DNA of 64,000 bases, taken from NCBI GenBank assembly GCA_964426755.1, contig CAYRRR010000001.1, positions 58,946-122,945 on the forward strand, read 5' to 3'. The translations under genes were made by a program, and so were the position numbers. Below are positions 9,559-19,468 of the stretch, piece by piece. Numbering within the stretch: position 1 is the first letter of the stretch; every line of letters starts with the position of its first letter. The DNA comes from an uncultured Candidatus Saccharibacteria bacterium (GTDB lineage Bacteria > Patescibacteriota > Saccharimonadia > Saccharimonadales > JAGQNJ01). Below the pieces are notes generated by a model. The model was not told the DNA's origin. It did no database searches and was given only the letters and a program-made list of their open reading frames with translations.

Positions 9559-11346
9559 TTATGTTTCTATAAAGCCGCCTGATTGACGGTTCCATAGCTC
9601 AGCATATTTACCGTCCTTTCGGATTAGTTCTCGGTGCGAACCTTGTTCGATAATTTTACCGTTATGCAGTACAATTATGCGATCCATTTTTTGAACGGTG
9701 CTTAAACGGTGAGCGATTACTATTGCGGTGCGATCCTTCATAAGCGTCCAAAGTGCGTCTTGAATTAGTGCCTCACTCTCAGAATCGAGCGCACTGGTGG
9801 CCTCGTCAAGTACTAAAATCGGCGCGTTTTTTATCATCGCCCGGGCAATGGCAATCCGTTGACGCTGTCCGCCAGACAGTTTAACGCCGCGTTCACCCAC
9901 TAATGTATCGTAGCCACTTGGTAAGTCTTTAATGAAGTCATGGGCATGAGCCATTTTAGCGACAGCTTCAATCTCTCGTCGCGTAGCATTCAGGTTGCCA
10001 TATGCAATGTTTTCACGTAATGTGCGATGAAATAAAAGCGGTTCTTGTGGTACGTAAGAAATAACAGATCGCAAATCATTTTGTGTTATTTTTGCAATAT
10101 TCTGGTTGTCGATGGCTATTTCGCCGCTTTCGATATCTGAAAAGCGTAATAAAATTTTAGTGAGCGAGGTTTTGCCGGAACCCGAGTGACCTACTAATCC
10201 GACTTTTTCACCAGGTTTAATTGTTAAGTTCAATTTATTAAATAGCAGTTCATTAGCGTCTTTGTGCCGAAACACAACATTTTTGAAAACTATCTTACCT
10301 CTGGATATGTGTAGCGTTTCGGGCTCTAGCGGATCTTTTATTTCTGGAGCCATGGCTAGTTTGTGTACCATATCACTGGCATCGCCAATTGCTCGATTAT
10401 AATTTCTGAGCGAGCTATTACTAAAATTAAATAACTGACTAATGATATTGGCGGTGTAGTTCAAGATTAAAAAGACGAGAGCTACATTAGCGTTAAATAT
10501 CACTACGCTAAACGTTGCAATTACAAAAGATGCGATATTAATTGTACCGGTAGCGGCTGAAAATATCGCGACCTGCTTTTGTTGTTCAATCGCAACTTGT
10601 CTCAGTTTATTTTTAGTGGTGGTTGTGGCGCTTTGAAATCGTTTAACTTCAAAGTTATCTGACGAGAAACTTTTAATAGCCATAATGTTAGTCAAAGCGT
10701 CGGCTAGATATCCGGTTTGTTCGCTTTCAGCACGAGCATGAGCCTTGCCTGTTTGGCGCACCCTTTTTGATGCTTTAATCGCGATTAAAACGTAAGAAAT
10801 TGCAAAGAAAATTAACAATACAACAAATAGGGGCGATCGAGGGAACAAGATTATAGAGGTAATAAGTATGCCGACTACAAGTTGCAGCGTACCGTATACG
10901 GTTGTATCGGCGATACGAACATAGCTGCCAAGCAGTTTGTTGGTCTGCGACACTAACGATCCGCTAAAATTATCTGCAAAGAAGTTTGAGCTTTGAGAAA
11001 TAAGGTGCGAAAACACTCTGTCTGCCAAGTTTTTAAGCACCCTCATTTCAAGGCCCCATTGCAAAATGTCTAGTACGCGCCACAACACAAAGCTGCTGAT
11101 AAATACCAATAATGCATAGGTAAGTATTTCGCTGCCAAAGCTTTGCCATAACTGTCCAGGTACATAGTTTTGGTTACTTATTTTCTCTAAAGCATTGGCT
11201 AAGATAAGCGGTGGCAAATATTGTCCGCACAACACCGTAAGGGGTAAAACAATACCAATGCCAAGTAGCCTAAGTCTGTACTTAGAAACCTCGTCCCAAT
11301 AGACGCGCAATACCTTTTTTGCTTGTAATTTACTTTTTTGTGACAT
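9559..11346 (-). CDS. ABC exporter, fused permease/ATPase (MsbA/MdlB-like)
   Basis: 595 aa with an N-terminal 6-TM domain. Walker A GHSGSGKTS, signature LSGGQRQR, Walker B ILVLDEATSALD. Confidence 0.9.
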   Translation of the reverse strand: MSQKSKLQAKKVLRVYWDEVSKYRLRLLGIGIVLPLTVLCGQYLPPLILANALEKISNQNYVPGQLWQSFGSEILTYALLVFISSFVLWRVLDILQWGLEMRVLKNLADRVFSHLISQSSNFFADNFSGSLVSQTNKLLGSYVRIADTTVYGTLQLVVGILITSIILFPRSPLFVVLLIFFAISYVLIAIKASKRVRQTGKAHARAESEQTGYLADALTNIMAIKSFSSDNFEVKRFQSATTTTKNKLRQVAIEQQKQVAIFSAATGTINIASFVIATFSVVIFNANVALVFLILNYTANIISQLFNFSNSSLRNYNRAIGDASDMVHKLAMAPEIKDPLEPETLHISRGKIVFKNVVFRHKDANELLFNKLNLTIKPGEKVGLVGHSGSGKTSLTKILLRFSDIESGEIAIDNQNIAKITQNDLRSVISYVPQEPLLFHRTLRENIAYGNLNATRREIEAVAKMAHAHDFIKDLPSGYDTLVGERGVKLSGGQRQRIAIARAMIKNAPILVLDEATSALDSESEALIQDALWTLMKDRTAIVIAHRLSTVQKMDRIIVLHNGKIIEQGSHRELIRKDGKYAELWNRQSGGFIET

Positions 11347-11582
11347 GGGCAGCCTCCTGCTGCGAAGTTAAATAAGAATGTTTAGATTTTTGTTGGATTA
11401 ACAACGAACGAGTAGTTTAGCTTCGCTCGCTGTAGGCGACCGAAGAGAAAAATTGAATTTTGACTGTAATTCGCATGACTGCGTGTGATCGCCTTTCCGT
11501 TAGGTTAACAATATCGAAAAAAACTATACCATAAGACTGACGGTAATGACAAGGGCTGAATTTTATTATAGAATAATACATT

Positions 11583-12476
11583 GTGAACAAAGTGATTCTC
11601 TATTACAAATTCGTACCAGTTCCAGATCCGGCCATGACCGTACGTTGGCAAAAAGAATTATGCAATCGACTTGGTCTAAAGGGTCGCATAATTGTGAGCG
11701 AGCACGGCATAAATGGCACCCTTGGTGGTGACATTGAAAACTTGCGTGAATATAAGCGAGAGATGAACCGTTCGATTATATTCAAAGGCATTATGTACAA
11801 ATGGAGCGACGGTACAGGTCAGGAATTTCCGCGTTTAAGCGTAAAGGTTCGGCCAGAACTAGTTGCATTCGGCGCCCCCGATGAGTTAAAGGTTACCGAT
11901 AAAGGAGTGATAAATGGCGGGAAGCATCTCAAGCCCGAACAGCTTCATAAATTATTAGATGACCGCGGCGATGAGGTTATCTTTTTTGATGGCCGTAACG
12001 CCTACGAGGCAAAAATTGGTAAATTTAAAAACGCGGTGGTACCTAAAACTAAAACCACTCGAGACTTTTTAAAAGAAATCGAAAGTGACAAATACAATGA
12101 CATCAAAGACAAGCCGGTGGTAACGTATTGTACCGGCGGTGTTCGTTGCGAAGCGTTAAGTGTACTCATGAAAAACCGGGGCTTCAAAGAGGTGTATCAA
12201 ATTGATGGCGGCATTGTAAAATATGGCGAAAAGTTTGGTGATGACGGACTTTGGGAGGGCAAACTGCATATTTTTGATGACCGCATGGTGCACCAGTTTA
12301 GTGATAATGCCAAAGACATTGGCGAGTGCGTGCACTGTCAGGGTAAAACGAGTCGCTACATTAATTGTGATAATGTAGCCTGTAATCGTTTAGTTCTTGT
12401 CTGTAAAGATTGCGATACGAAAACACGATGTGACGATTGTAGCAGCATCAAGCCAGCAGTAATGGTTCACAACTAA
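11583..12476 (+). CDS. trhO: rhodanese-domain protein, UPF0176/TrhO family (tRNA uridine(34) hydroxylase)
   Basis: 297 aa. The N-terminus (ILYYKFVPVPDP) is typical of YceA/TrhO. Rhodanese active-site loop CTGGVRCE. Cys-rich C-terminus. Confidence 0.8.
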   Translation: MNKVILYYKFVPVPDPAMTVRWQKELCNRLGLKGRIIVSEHGINGTLGGDIENLREYKREMNRSIIFKGIMYKWSDGTGQEFPRLSVKVRPELVAFGAPDELKVTDKGVINGGKHLKPEQLHKLLDDRGDEVIFFDGRNAYEAKIGKFKNAVVPKTKTTRDFLKEIESDKYNDIKDKPVVTYCTGGVRCEALSVLMKNRGFKEVYQIDGGIVKYGEKFGDDGLWEGKLHIFDDRMVHQFSDNAKDIGECVHCQGKTSRYINCDNVACNRLVLVCKDCDTKTRCDDCSSIKPAVMVHN

Positions 12477-12505
12477 GCTACGGTGCATACGCTATAATTA
12501 CAAGT

Positions 12506-14014
12506 GTGAACAAGCAGTTGGAGAAGAAGTTAAAAGACCTCCCAAAAAGCCCGGGCGTATATTTTCATAAAGACGCGGCGGGTGAAATTATATATGTCGG
12601 CAAAGCGGCAATTTTACGAAATCGGGTACGACAATACTTTCAAGCCAGTCGCAATCGAGATCCAAAAACCGAACTGCTCGTTGCTGATATTGCCGATACT
12701 GATTGGCAAGTAGTGGATTCAGAGGTTGAAGCTTTATTTCTCGAAGCCGAGATGATTCGACGCTATATGCCGCGTTATAATATTTTGCTACGTGACGACA
12801 AGGCTATGTCTTACGTGCGTATAAATTTTAAAGATACCTACCCTAGCCTAACATATACACGTCGACCACTGGATGACGGCGCCGATTATTACGGCCCCTT
12901 TCTGAGTGCCTTTGCGTTGAAAAAAGCACTTAAATATTTACGACGTGCGTTTCCGTACTCTACGCATACACAGTTGCCAAAGCGAGCCTGTCTGCAATAC
13001 CACCTTGGATTGTGTCCCGGGCCAGAGACGGGCAATTTAGATGAAAAGGTGTATAAGACCAACCTGAAAAAATTGGTACGGGTTTTAAAGGGGCAGCGCA
13101 AAACCTTGATTTTAGAGCTAGAAAAAGAAATGAAACTGCAGTCAGCCTGTAAAGATTTTGAGGCCGCAACCGTAACGCGCAATCAGCTTTTTTCGCTGAA
13201 AAACCTGGGTCAACAAGTAATTTTTTCTGATAAAGAATTCCAAGATATATCAAAAGATCATGCACTGGTGGAGCTAACGAAGTTACTTGGTCTTCAAAAG
13301 CCGCCACGCCGCATTGAGGGTTTTGATATTTCACATATGTCAGGCACCGATACAGTTGCGAGTATGGTGGTGTTTACCAATGGAGTTTCAGACAAGGCAA
13401 ACTATCGTAAATTTAAATCACGAATACCCGGTAATGATGATTTTGCGCATATGCGTGAGGCGTTTATGAGGCGTTTCAGTGATAAAAATATAAAGCAGTG
13501 GGGAATGCCGGATTTACTCTTGATAGACGGCGGTAAGGGTCAGTTAGAGGCAGCATTGAGTATTTTGCGTGAAAAAAATATTACATTGCCAGCTATCGGC
13601 TTGGCAAAAAAGCATGAAGAAATTGTGATTCGCAATGACTGGCCGCATACTAGCCTTAACCCTGAGATGGTTTTGAAGCTCCGAGGTTTTAGTCGTGCCT
13701 CTGAAGGATATACACTGGTAGATCTGCCCAATAACTCAAATATAATCAAGCTTTTGCAGCGTATTCGCGACGAGTCACACCGTTTTGCGGTTAGCTATCA
13801 CAGTATTCTTAAGGTTAATCGTCAAACCAGCAGTATGCTTGACGACGTACCGGGGATTGGTCCGGTTACTAAAAAACGTCTTTTAAAAACGTTTGGATCA
13901 GTTCGCGGTATTATGCAGGCACGACAAGAAGAACTCGATAAGTTTTTGGGTGAAAAAAAGGCGGCGGTTTTACGACAATACATTAGAGCCGAGAATAAGT
14001 ACTACAAAAATTAG
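12506..14014 (+). CDS. uvrC: excinuclease ABC subunit C (compact, 502 aa)
   Basis: GIY-YIG N-terminus (PGVYFHKD..GEIIYVGKA). UVR-like helix pair (KDFEAATVTRNQLFSL). Endonuclease block IEGFDISH. C-terminal HhH (VPGIGPVTKKRLL). GTG start. Confidence 0.92.
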   Translation: MNKQLEKKLKDLPKSPGVYFHKDAAGEIIYVGKAAILRNRVRQYFQASRNRDPKTELLVADIADTDWQVVDSEVEALFLEAEMIRRYMPRYNILLRDDKAMSYVRINFKDTYPSLTYTRRPLDDGADYYGPFLSAFALKKALKYLRRAFPYSTHTQLPKRACLQYHLGLCPGPETGNLDEKVYKTNLKKLVRVLKGQRKTLILELEKEMKLQSACKDFEAATVTRNQLFSLKNLGQQVIFSDKEFQDISKDHALVELTKLLGLQKPPRRIEGFDISHMSGTDTVASMVVFTNGVSDKANYRKFKSRIPGNDDFAHMREAFMRRFSDKNIKQWGMPDLLLIDGGKGQLEAALSILREKNITLPAIGLAKKHEEIVIRNDWPHTSLNPEMVLKLRGFSRASEGYTLVDLPNNSNIIKLLQRIRDESHRFAVSYHSILKVNRQTSSMLDDVPGIGPVTKKRLLKTFGSVRGIMQARQEELDKFLGEKKAAVLRQYIRAENKYYKN

Positions 14015-14042
14015 CCGAAAAAAAGCTATACTATCAGAACGA

Positions 14043-15260
14043 GTGAAAGATTTTAGTTCCGAATTTTTTATAAACAATCGTACTACGTTGCGAGCACAGC
14101 TGCACAACAACGCACCGATAGTCGTCACGGCTAATGGGTTAGTGCAGCGAGCTGGCGATTCGGCCTTTGCGTTCAGGCAAGATAGCAATTTTTGGTATCT
14201 AACCGGATTACGTGATGTAGCTGATGCGGTTCTAGTGATGACGGAAGAAAAGGACTATCTTATTTTGCCTGAGCGTGATGCGGTGATGGATTTTTTTGAC
14301 GGCGCTTTTGATAAGCAAGCGCTTACACAGACATCGGGCATTGCTGAAATACTTGATCATCACACTGGCTGGGAGCAGCTCACACTACTCGTTAAAAAGC
14401 ATAAAACGATTAATGCGCTTGTTTATAAGGGCTTTGATGCGCGACATGGACTGTATTTAAATCCAAGCAAGCCCCGTCTCGTTAGCCGCCTAAAGAAGAT
14501 TAATCCATCAATTGTAATGAATGATATTCGCATAAACTTGGCACATCTTCGAATGATTAAATATCCGGCTGAAATTAAAGCTATTCAAACGTCCATTGAT
14601 AGTACGATCGAATCGTTTAAAAAGATATTTACCGAATCTTGGCCAAAGTGCTACAACAATGAGGCAGATATCAATACCGAGCTGCGTTATCAATTTATGA
14701 AGCGTGGCGGGCAGCCTGCTTATCCGTCAATCGTAGCGGGCGGCAAACGAGCTTGCACGCTACACTACCACGCCAATAACCAGCCTATTCGCAACGGCGA
14801 GCTGCTGCTGGTCGACGCTGGTGCCGAAGTTAATTATTATGCGGCCGATATTACACGAGTCTATGCAACAAGCAAAATGAACAGTGAGCAAGCTGCGGTT
14901 TACACGGCCGTAAAAGAAGCTCATGCCTATGCAGTAAGTTTAGTCAAACCAGGGGCTGACATTCGTAAAGTTGATAGTAAAGTCGCGCATTTTATTGGTA
15001 AATTTTTAAAAGCTGAAAAAATAATTACCAAAAACGAACCAGCACAAGTCAGACAGTATTATCCGCACGCCATTTCACATCATTTGGGTTTGGACGTCCA
15101 TGATGCTGCTGATTATGACTTGCCACTAACAGAAAACATGGTGATAACTATTGAGCCTGGTATTTACATACCCCAAAAGGGTATAGGGGTTCGCATTGAA
15201 GATGACTTTGTTATTTCGAAAAATGGCAACAAAAACCTATCGCGTCTCTTGCCTTCATAG
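14043..15260 (+). CDS. Xaa-Pro aminopeptidase (M24B family)
   Basis: Metal-ligand blocks LLLVDAGAEVNYYAADITR, HHLGLDVHD, EPGIY and RIEDD. The ORF track opens at 13893 but that stretch overlaps uvrC. In-frame GTG at 14043 just after the uvrC stop is my preferred start, though it is uncertain. Confidence 0.82.
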   Translation: MKDFSSEFFINNRTTLRAQLHNNAPIVVTANGLVQRAGDSAFAFRQDSNFWYLTGLRDVADAVLVMTEEKDYLILPERDAVMDFFDGAFDKQALTQTSGIAEILDHHTGWEQLTLLVKKHKTINALVYKGFDARHGLYLNPSKPRLVSRLKKINPSIVMNDIRINLAHLRMIKYPAEIKAIQTSIDSTIESFKKIFTESWPKCYNNEADINTELRYQFMKRGGQPAYPSIVAGGKRACTLHYHANNQPIRNGELLLVDAGAEVNYYAADITRVYATSKMNSEQAAVYTAVKEAHAYAVSLVKPGADIRKVDSKVAHFIGKFLKAEKIITKNEPAQVRQYYPHAISHHLGLDVHDAADYDLPLTENMVITIEPGIYIPQKGIGVRIEDDFVISKNGNKNLSRLLPS

Positions 15261-15288
15261 ATTAGCTGACCTACAATAAAGCATAACA

Positions 15289-15651
15289 ATGAACAATCCT
15301 TTAGCACGTTTTTTAATACGTTGGGGCGTTTGCAGCCTGGGTCTATGGATCTCAGCTGGACTGCTGGGCGATCGTATATCGTATCAAAATAAAATTAGCG
15401 TTGTTGTTATTGCCGGTTTGGTGCTAGCTCTTATCAATATGGTCATAAAGCCAGTGGTGGTAATTTTATCATTGCCGGCGCTGCTTTTTACGCTCGGTTT
15501 ATTTATGATCGTTATAAATGGATTTATGGTGATATTGGTAAGTAAACTGTACGGCTCATTAGAAGTAGCAAACTTTTGGGCGGCAATGCTTGCAGGCATG
15601 ATAATAGGCTTGGTAAACTATTTAGTAACTGCTATTGTGGAGGAACGATGA
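15289..15651 (+). CDS. phage holin family 4 / DUF360-like membrane protein
   Basis: 120 aa with four TM helices. N-terminal FLIRWGVCSLGLWISAGLL is typical of the family. Confidence 0.65.
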   Translation: MNNPLARFLIRWGVCSLGLWISAGLLGDRISYQNKISVVVIAGLVLALINMVIKPVVVILSLPALLFTLGLFMIVINGFMVILVSKLYGSLEVANFWAAMLAGMIIGLVNYLVTAIVEER

Positions 15652-15860
15652 CAATTTACAACTATGTAACTATAAGCGCGGCAATTTTAATGACAATTTT
15701 GATCTTAATACAAACCCGGGGGGCATCGCTTGGTGCAGGTTTTGGTGGCGGCGGAGAAGTTAATACAGTTCGTCGAGGATCTGACAAGACTATTTTCCAG
15801 ATTACGATTATTCTTGCTTTCGTCTTTGCGGCATCAATTATTGCCGGCATCGTTGCGTAG
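15648..15860 (+). CDS. secG: preprotein translocase subunit SecG
   Basis: 70 aa with two TM helices flanking a Gly-rich loop (RGASLGAGFGGGGE). GGAGGA SD at 15639-15644. ATGA overlap with the upstream stop. The longer track ORF from 15576 is rejected. Confidence 0.8.
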   Translation: MTIYNYVTISAAILMTILILIQTRGASLGAGFGGGGEVNTVRRGSDKTIFQITIILAFVFAASIIAGIVA

Positions 15861-15863
15861 CAT

Positions 15864-17648
15864 ATGGTAAACAAAACAACAAAATTGCGTTGGCGACGGC
15901 GTTTACGACGGAGTCGATACCAAGTTGAAAACTTGTCAGTTCAAGCCGAGCAAGGCATAGAGCAACATTTTTTTAAACGACTTGGCCGCCTGGGCAGTGT
16001 TCGCCGCTTTGCGTTTGGATGGGTTATGCTGGTGATGCTGCTAGGCTTGGGTGTATTGCTGCAGGTTCGAGCGTTGTCGCCTTATTACCAAACGATTCAA
16101 CCGGCCAACGGCGGAATATACACCGAAGGAATTTTGGGTACGTTTACCACTGCCAATCCTCTTTATGCAAGCGGACCGGTAGATGGTTCGGTTTCTAAGT
16201 TATTATTTGCTGCACCCATGAAATATAGCGCTGATAATAGGTTGATTACCGATCTTGCACAAGAACTCAAAACAGATGATCGAAGTATCGAGTATACATT
16301 AACGCTAAAAGATGATCTCAGATGGCATGATGGCAAGCGAGTGACCGCCGACGATGTGATATTTACCTATCAGCTCATCCAAAACCCTGACGCTAAGTCA
16401 TCACTGCGAGCCAACTGGGTTGGTATAAAAATGGAGAAAGCTGATGAAAAGTCCGTTAAATTTACACTGCCACACCCCCTCAGTTCATTCCCAACATTGC
16501 TCACTACCGGTCTGATTCCAAAACATTTGCTTGATTCTACAACGCCTTCGCAGTTGCGAACCGCGCTTTTTAATACCACTTCACCGGTTGGAACAGGCCC
16601 ATTTAAATGGGACAGTATTCAAATTAGTGGTCAAACGCCCGAAGCTCGTGAAGAACAAATTGGTCTCAGCGCCAATGAGCATTATCACGCTGGCAGACCG
16701 AGTCTTGATCGCATTATAGTTAAGGGTATTCATACGCACGATAGTTTGATACGACAGTTTAATAATCAAGAAATCGATGCAATGGTTGGTCTTGATAAAC
16801 TCCCCGATTCTGTAAAAGCTGACACCAGCATCTCTCAATACGAGATGCCGATAAATGCACAGGTTATGGTCTTTTTCAAATCTAGCAGCGAAATATTAAA
16901 AGACAAAATCATTCGACAAGCATTGACGAAAGGTACGAACCGAGCTGAAATTATTAAAGCATTGGGATATGGTGTTATTCCTGTAAACGGGCCTTTATTA
17001 AAGTCACACCTTGGTTATGCGGCCGACACAACACAATTTGCGTATAATCTTGATGAAGCCAATGATTTATTGGAGCAAAATGGGTGGGTTAAGAATGTCG
17101 ATGGTATGCGCGCTAAAAACGAGACTCCCTTAACAGTGCAACTTTATTCACAGAACAACGGTGAATATGCTCTCGTAACTCAAATTTTACAGCGTCAATG
17201 GCGAGATCTTGGCGTAAAAGTTGAGGTAGTCTTACAAGAAGACACCGATCTACAAAATACGTTGGCGTTACATGGTTATGATGCATTACTGTATGGTATA
17301 ACGGTTGGCTCTGATCCAGATGTATTTGCATATTGGCACAGTTCGCAGGCCGACCTCCGGGCATCAAGCCGCTTAAACTTCTCTGAATTTAAATCAAGTA
17401 CCGCAGACAGTGCGCTTGAGGGTGGTCGTACGCGTTCTGATGATGCGATCAGAGCTCCAAAATATAAACCATTTTTAGCAGCTTGGCGTGAAGAAGCTCC
17501 TGCGATAGGTTTGTACCAGCCCCGCTTTTTATATGTTACAAGGGGCACCCTGTATGGCTTCAACTCAAAAGTAGTAAACACGGTTACTGATCGTTACACT
17601 AATGTCCAGAACTGGCGCATAAGAACTGAACGTGTCACGATTGAGTAA
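15864..17648 (+). CDS. ABC transporter substrate-binding protein, family 5 (peptide/nickel type), N-terminal TM anchor
   Basis: 594 aa. Basic N-terminus followed by a TM helix (FAFGWVMLVMLLGLGVLL). SBP_bac_5-like blocks (YTLTLKDDLRWHDGKRVTADDVIFTY, GTGPFKW). No cognate permease or ATPase genes are adjacent. Confidence 0.82.
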   Translation: MVNKTTKLRWRRRLRRSRYQVENLSVQAEQGIEQHFFKRLGRLGSVRRFAFGWVMLVMLLGLGVLLQVRALSPYYQTIQPANGGIYTEGILGTFTTANPLYASGPVDGSVSKLLFAAPMKYSADNRLITDLAQELKTDDRSIEYTLTLKDDLRWHDGKRVTADDVIFTYQLIQNPDAKSSLRANWVGIKMEKADEKSVKFTLPHPLSSFPTLLTTGLIPKHLLDSTTPSQLRTALFNTTSPVGTGPFKWDSIQISGQTPEAREEQIGLSANEHYHAGRPSLDRIIVKGIHTHDSLIRQFNNQEIDAMVGLDKLPDSVKADTSISQYEMPINAQVMVFFKSSSEILKDKIIRQALTKGTNRAEIIKALGYGVIPVNGPLLKSHLGYAADTTQFAYNLDEANDLLEQNGWVKNVDGMRAKNETPLTVQLYSQNNGEYALVTQILQRQWRDLGVKVEVVLQEDTDLQNTLALHGYDALLYGITVGSDPDVFAYWHSSQADLRASSRLNFSEFKSSTADSALEGGRTRSDDAIRAPKYKPFLAAWREEAPAIGLYQPRFLYVTRGTLYGFNSKVVNTVTDRYTNVQNWRIRTERVTIE

Positions 17649-17806
17649 ATATTTTTACTAATCGTACGCATAAATAGTGCTATCCTAACGACAGTGTCAA
17701 GGAGCGTTGGTAATGTTCACGTCGACAATAGGATAATATATTTCTAAGTTATTCAGTAAGCAATACGGTTATGGTATGATGGTGATAAGAAATTTATGAC
17801 GGGTGC

Positions 17807-19450
17807 TTGGAATTTATGAATAAGGTTGCGCACTATCTTCAGGAACATTTGCTTGGAGAAGTATTAACATCTGCGGACGCTCGCAAGTACTTCTCAACAG
17901 ATGGCAGTATTTTTACGGTCGTACCGGCAATGGTGGTTTATCCTAAAAATGAAAACGACATTCGTAAAGTAGCCAGGTTTACTTGGCAGTTGGCTGAGCG
18001 CGGTCGGGTAATACCCATAACGGCGCGCGGTAAAGGGAGTGACCAAGCAGGGGCTGCTCTTGGCTCTGGGATAATACTCTCGTTTCCTAGCCATATGAAT
18101 CGAATCATTGAGCTTGACGGTAAAAGCGGTAATGTGGTGATCGAGCCCGGTATCGTGTACGGTAAGTTACAGCAAACCCTACATACTCACGGCCGTTTTT
18201 TGCCTCCATACCCATCATCAATTGAATTCTCTACGCTTGGTGGTGCGATAGCTAATAATGCAGCGGGTGAAAAGTCAGTCAAATATGGGGCGACACGTGA
18301 TTATGTAAAAGCACTACGCGTGGTTTTAGCTAACGGAGACGTGATTGAAACAAGAAGGTTAAATAAACGCGAACTTAGTAAAAAAATGGGCCTCGCAACA
18401 TTTGAAGGCGAAATTTATCGCAATCTTGATAAGCTAATTGATGAAAACAAAGATTTGATCGATAAAATTAATTTCGCCGTTACCAAAAACTCAGCCGGAT
18501 ATGACATTAGCGATGTAAAACATAAAAATAGTTTTGACTTAACTCCTCTGATTGTGGGCTCGCAAGGCACTCTAGGTATCGTAACTGAAGCTACGCTCGG
18601 TACGGAGCCATATAATCCGCATACCACGTTGATCGCTGCATTTTTTGATGATGTTGAAAAGGCCGAAAAGGCCGTTCTTGAACTGCGCAATTTACCAGAA
18701 ATTCCAAGCGCATTAGAGATGGTAGATGAAAACTTGCTGACCTTCCTTGATGAACACCAACCTAATTTACTCAAGGGCATTGTAACTAAACCATTCCATA
18801 AATTGATCGTTTTAATAGAGTTTGATAATCATAATGATAGGACTCGCAAAAAGCTTGCCAAAAAAGCCATCAAAGTTCTTGAACGATTTGGTGCGGAGTA
18901 TCAGCTTGAAACTGAAGAAGCGGCCAAAGACCGCTTATGGACCATACGCCATAGTGCTGCCGTGGCAATTTCACACACCGACGGTAATAAAAAGGCACTG
19001 CCAATCGTCGAAGATGGTGTAGTGCCGCTTAATAGATTTAATGAATATATTCACGGTGTATACAAGATTTTTGAAAAATATAAGCTAAAAGTTGCTATTT
19101 GGGGTCATGCGGGCAATGCAAATATTCATATGCAGCCGTTCTTAGATCTTAGCCAAGTAGGTGATCGGCAAAAGGCCTTTAAGATTATTGATGAATACTA
19201 TAATTTTGTAATTAGTTTAGGTGGCAGTACCAGTGGGGAGCATAGTGATGGTCGTTTACGTGCACCGTATCTGCCCAAACTCTATGGTGAGCAAGCCTAC
19301 GAGCTGCTAAAAAAGATCAAACAAATTTTCGACCCATACAATACACTTAATCCCGGTGTAAAGATTGATGTTCAATTAAATGATGTCAAGCCGCTCGTGC
19401 GCAGCGAATATTCCATGGGACATTTGTACGACCATTTGCCAAAATCATAG
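17807..19450 (+). CDS. FAD-linked oxidase (GlcD / D-lactate dehydrogenase-like), paralog 1
   Basis: 547 aa. FAD_binding_4-type blocks (RGKGSDQAGAALG, IEPGIVYGKLQ, STLGGAIANNAAGEKSVKYG) and C-terminal FAD-oxidase_C blocks (GSTSGEHSDGRLR, NPGVKI). The start may be ATG 17816 rather than TTG 17807. Confidence 0.85.
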   Translation: MEFMNKVAHYLQEHLLGEVLTSADARKYFSTDGSIFTVVPAMVVYPKNENDIRKVARFTWQLAERGRVIPITARGKGSDQAGAALGSGIILSFPSHMNRIIELDGKSGNVVIEPGIVYGKLQQTLHTHGRFLPPYPSSIEFSTLGGAIANNAAGEKSVKYGATRDYVKALRVVLANGDVIETRRLNKRELSKKMGLATFEGEIYRNLDKLIDENKDLIDKINFAVTKNSAGYDISDVKHKNSFDLTPLIVGSQGTLGIVTEATLGTEPYNPHTTLIAAFFDDVEKAEKAVLELRNLPEIPSALEMVDENLLTFLDEHQPNLLKGIVTKPFHKLIVLIEFDNHNDRTRKKLAKKAIKVLERFGAEYQLETEEAAKDRLWTIRHSAAVAISHTDGNKKALPIVEDGVVPLNRFNEYIHGVYKIFEKYKLKVAIWGHAGNANIHMQPFLDLSQVGDRQKAFKIIDEYYNFVISLGGSTSGEHSDGRLRAPYLPKLYGEQAYELLKKIKQIFDPYNTLNPGVKIDVQLNDVKPLVRSEYSMGHLYDHLPKS

Positions 19451-19468
19451 TTAAACGTAGGAGTAAGC

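Noticed and set aside
12506-14014. UvrC being truncated or a pseudogene because it is only 502 aa
   Set aside because: The GIY-YIG, UVR, endonuclease and HhH modules are all present in order with no frame disruption. It appears to be a compact but complete ortholog.
13893-14042. N-terminal extension of the aminopeptidase ORF overlapping uvrC by 122 nt
   Set aside because: The extension has no similarity to M24 N-termini and lies within uvrC. In-frame GTG at 14043 just after the uvrC stop is more plausible.
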